Of a stretch of 64,000 bases of DNA, positions 59,982 to 64,000 are shown in pieces. The number at the start of each line of letters is the position of its first letter. The stretch's first letter is position 1. Below the pieces are notes generated by a model. That model saw only the letters and a list, made by a program, of their open reading frames with translations, was not told the DNA's origin and ran no database searches. A program made the position numbers and the translations under genes. The stretch covers positions 110,494-174,493 of the forward strand of contig CAVXSO010000004.1 of assembly GCA_963764465.1 (NCBI GenBank), written 5' to 3'. The DNA comes from an uncultured Pseudomonadota bacterium (GTDB lineage: Bacteria; Pseudomonadota; Alphaproteobacteria; Acetobacterales; Acetobacteraceae).

Positions 59982-60066
59982 CACGCCTCCTCCTGCGCGG
60001 GCAGCATATCGGCACCGCCGCAATGCCGCAAAGCCCGTATCGCACGCACCCGCGCCGTCGCGATTG

Positions 60067-60789
60067 TTACGAAACGACGCCGCTGGTCAGGCGCAGCGCG
60101 CCATCCGGCGTCCACAGCACCAGCGCGCCATCGTCGCCGAGATCCCGGAAATCGCCCTCGCGGGTCTCGCCGGCCATGGTCACCCGCAATTTCGTTCCGG
60201 GTTCGGGCCCACGCCGCAGCCAGCCCGCGCGCAGCGCCGCGAAGCCGCCGCTCTCCCACGCCGCGAGCCAGGCGCCGAGCGAGGCGATGAGCACGTCGAG
60301 TGCCGCCTCCGGCGCCGGCGCCTGCCCGCCCAGGGTCGCAAGGCTGGTGACGGGGTAGGGCAGGTCCGGCGGCGCGTGCAACAGGTTCACGCCAATGCCG
60401 AGCGCCACCCAAGGATCCGAAGCTGTTGCGTCGGCCTCCAGCAGGATGCCGGCGATCTTGGCATCGTTCACCAGCACGTCGTTCGGCCATTTCAGCCGTG
60501 CGTGCGGGCCGTCCGGCAGGTGCCGGTCGACGAGGTCCGCGGCCGCGAGCGCCGCGGCGAAGCCGAGTTCCGCCTGCCGGGCGGCAGGGACATCGTAACG
60601 CAGCACAAACGAGACATACAGGTTGCCCGGCGGGCTCACCCAGTGGCGTCCGAGCCGGCCGCGCCCCGACGTCTGCTGGCGCGCGCAGATGGTGGTGCCA
60701 TGCGCCGCCCCCGCGGCCGCGAGCGCCTTCGCGGTGTCGCTGGTGGAGGCGAGCACATCATGCCGGAAGATCTCGAAGACGGGGCTCAT
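60067..60789 (-). CDS. birA: Biotin--[acetyl-CoA-carboxylase] ligase (group I, no N-terminal HTH)
   Basis: 240 aa from ATG 60789: ARQQTSGRGRLGRHWVSPPGNLYVS (the GRGRxGRxW motif) and LKWPNDVLVNDAKIAGILLE. Confidence 0.88.
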   Translation of the reverse strand: MSPVFEIFRHDVLASTSDTAKALAAAGAAHGTTICARQQTSGRGRLGRHWVSPPGNLYVSFVLRYDVPAARQAELGFAAALAAADLVDRHLPDGPHARLKWPNDVLVNDAKIAGILLEADATASDPWVALGIGVNLLHAPPDLPYPVTSLATLGGQAPAPEAALDVLIASLGAWLAAWESGGFAALRAGWLRRGPEPGTKLRVTMAGETREGDFRDLGDDGALVLWTPDGALRLTSGVVS

Positions 60790-61295
60790 GGCCGCGTGCG
60801 TAGCATCATTTCCCGGCGAAGTTGCCAACATAAGCGCGACACGGAAGACGCATGTATCGCGGCCCCCGCGGCGGCGACAAGATCCATCTCACCCAATGCG
60901 ACAACGCAACTGCCGCCACACAGAACGCGCGCGCCAGGACCACAAAAAGATGCAGTAAATCAATACGTTATCATCAAGTTTGTGAGGCGACGCCGGCCGG
61001 GGTCACCGGTCGATCCGCTGCACCGCGCGCATCCCACGGCCCGCCGTGCGCCATCATCTTGCCTTACAGGGCCGGCGCGCGCCGCCGCTGTCCGGCGCGC
61101 AATTCGGAACAATCAGCACCGAACCCGGCAGGAACGCGTCGGCAGCGCGCATGCGCTTTGCCTCACGGCAACGCGTCTCGGGCTGCGAGACGCCGTCCTG
61201 CTGCCTCGCCACGATGCTGTTGCGGAATCGCAGCAGTTCGCGCCGCGGATGACAGGACCGTCTTCGCCGCGGCCCCGTCGCCTCCAGGCGCGAGC

Positions 61296-62257
<962 letters not shown>

Positions 62258-62261
<4 letters not shown>

Positions 62262-63217
62262 GACGCAAGCGGCGCGTGGCAGCGCACCTCCCCGTCCACC
62301 AGCGCGTGGGATTCCGGCGGCTCCGCGCAGCGATCGAAGGCGAAGCGGCAGCGCGGCGCGAACAGGCATCCCGTCGGCCGGTCCGCCACCCCCGGCACCA
62401 CGCCCGGGATGGTCGCGAGTCGCGCATGCGCCGGCGCCCGTTCCGGCAGCGCATCGAGCAGCGCCGCGGTGTAGGGATGCGCCGGGGCCGCGAGCAGGGC
62501 GGCGGTCGGCCGCTGCTCCATCGCGCGCCCTGCGTACATCACCTGCACCCGCTCCGCGGTGTCCGCCACCACGCCCATGTCGTGCGTGATGAGCACCAGC
62601 GCCATGCCCCGCTCGCGCTGCAGCCGGGCCAGCAGGTTGAGGATCTGTTTCTGGATCGTGACGTCCAGCGCCGTGGTCGGCTCGTCGGCGATCAGCAGGC
62701 GCGGGTTGCAGGCAATCGCCATCGCGATCATCACGCGCTGGTTCATGCCCCCCGAGAGCAGGTGCGGAAACGCGGAAAGCCGCTGCTCCGGCGCCGGAAT
62801 CCCTACCTGGCGCAGCAGCTCGATCGTGCGCGCCCGCCGCTCCGCCCGCCCGAGGCCGAGATGTGTGCCCAGTGTCTCGCCGATCTGCCAGCCTACGGTG
62901 AAGCAGGGGTTGAGGCTGGTCATCGGTTCCTGGAAGATCATCGCGACGTCGCGGCCCAGAAGCTTGCGCCGTTCGCGCGACTTGATGCGCAGCAGGTCCG
63001 TGCCGTCAAAGCGCAGCACGTCCGCCGTCACGCGCCCCGGCGGACGGATCAGGCCGAGGGCGGCCAGCATCGCAACCGATTTGCCGGAGCCGGATTCGCC
63101 CACGATCCCCAGAACCTCGCCCGGCTCCACCGTGAGGTCGAGGCCCTCGACAGCGCGCAGCGTGCCCGCACCGGTCGGGAACGTTACGTTGAGGTTACGT
63201 ATCTCCAGCAGGCTCAT
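62258..63217 (-). CDS. Oligopeptide/dipeptide ABC transporter ATP-binding protein (DppD/OppD-like)
   Basis: 319 aa from ATG 63217: [49 protein letters not shown] and [12 protein letters not shown]. It overlaps both neighbours by 4 nt. Confidence 0.88.
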
Positions 63218-64000
63218 CCGCGCTTCAACCTCGGGTCCAGCGCGTCGCGCAGCCCGTCGCCCAGCAGGTTGAAGCCGAGCACGGTAACCAGGATCGCGAT
63301 GCCGGGGAAGGTGACGACCCACCAGGCGCTTTGCAGAAATTGCAGCGCTTCGGCCAGCATCGTGCCCCATTCCGGCGTCGGCGGCTGCGCGCCGAGGCCA
63401 AGAAAGCCCAGCGCCGCGGTGTCGAGGATGGCGCCGGAAAGCCCGAGGCTCGCCTGCACGATGAGCGGTGCCAGGCAGTTCGGCAGCACGGTGATGAACA
63501 TCAGGCGCCCGCGCCCGGCACCGGCCATGCGCGAGGCGGCGACATAGTCGCGCCCCAGCTCCGCCAGCACCGCAGCGCGCGTCAGCCGCACGAAACCGGG
63601 CAACTGCACGATCGCCACCGCGAAGGTCGCGTTGACCAGGCCGGGGCCCAGGATGGCCACGATCGCGATCGCGAGCAGCAGCGTCGGCAGCGCAAGCATC
63701 ATGTCCATCAGGCGCATGATCAGCGCATCCGCGACCCCGCCCGCGAACCCGGCGACGAGCCCCAGCAGCGTGCCGACCACGGATGCCTGCACCACGACCG
63801 CGACCCCAATGGAGAGCGAGAGTCGCGCGCCGTACAGCAGCCGCGACAGCACGTCCCGCCCCACATCGTCGGTGCCCAGCGGGAACATCCAGTCCGGCGC
63901 GTGCAGGACATAGGAGCGCGCCTGGTTGTCCGGCCCGTGCGGCGCCAGCAGCGGCGCGAGCGCCGCGGCCAGCACCAACGCGCCCACGATGACCAGGCCG
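63214..64000 (-). CDS. ABC transporter permease (DppC/OppC-like), 3' part; gene continues past the right window edge
   Basis: [23 protein letters not shown] and the EAA-type loop [32 protein letters not shown] are typical of binding-protein-dependent permeases. The ORF is open to the window end. Confidence 0.85.
   Translation of the reverse strand, partial: GLVIVGALVLAAALAPLLAPHGPDNQARSYVLHAPDWMFPLGTDDVGRDVLSRLLYGARLSLSIGVAVVVQASVVGTLLGLVAGFAGGVADALIMRLMDMMLALPTLLLAIAIVAILGPGLVNATFAVAIVQLPGFVRLTRAAVLAELGRDYVAASRMAGAGRGRLMFITVLPNCLAPLIVQASLGLSGAILDTAALGFLGLGAQPPTPEWGTMLAEALQFLQSAWWVVTFPGIAILVTVLGFNLLGDGLRDALDPRLKRG

Noticed and set aside
32085-60066. T6SS/TPS region as a recently acquired genomic island or mobile element
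   Set aside because: No integrase, transposase, tRNA attachment site or flanking direct repeats were seen. Codon usage and GC richness look the same as in the flanking housekeeping genes (hemA, birA) by eye. A quantitative GC/codon analysis was not possible here.
60790-61295. Roughly 500-bp gap between birA and the dpp-like operon, inspected for tRNA, sRNA, small ORFs and terminators
   Set aside because: The ORFs in the track here (for example 61046..61252 and 61163..61345) are Arg-rich and lack RBS context. I could not fold any tRNA-like cloverleaf or find a convincing hairpin plus U-tract by eye. The AT-rich stretch near 60940-60990 may simply hold the birA promoter. The region is left unannotated.

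Overview
Very GC-rich chromosomal segment, probably alphaproteobacterial. This is inferred from an ALA-synthase hemA and an Imp-style T6SS with two tandem tssC genes. All family calls come from motif recognition by eye on the supplied ORF translations; no searches were run.

Left to right:
(1) 1-3596: truncated arsR-like gene with a perfect palindromic operator, two decayed gene fragments, and an amidase-cbpA-cbpM operon.
(2) 3856-14587: a type I secretion ABC/HlyD pair followed by a Sel1-repeat protein, a TPR-GT2-GT-B multidomain glycosyltransferase, a 288-aa unknown protein and a GT4 enzyme. No RTX-type substrate is present.
(3) 14613-17766: DUF169-like gene translationally coupled to hemA, then a membrane protein.
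(4) 17846-32084: a co-directional tpsB-tpsA-CHAT lipoprotein-Ser/Thr kinase operon. The giant tpsA has an apparent +1 frameshift and a 621-bp near-identical internal duplication.
(5) 32278-59981: an OmpA-family gene, then a complete T6SS with all 13 core genes plus PAAR, tagF, tagH, tagJ and pppA, in three transcription units. A SAM methyltransferase is translationally coupled to tssG. No kinase and no recognisable effector/immunity pair lie inside the cluster.
(6) 60067-64000: birA and a dpp/opp-type ABC importer that runs off the right edge.

No rRNA, tRNA, CRISPR array, transposase or integrase was recognised.

The strongest candidate for something new is the TPS-CHAT-kinase module next to a kinase-less T6SS phosphorelay. 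The T1SS-glycosyltransferase island and the T6SS-coupled methyltransferase come second.
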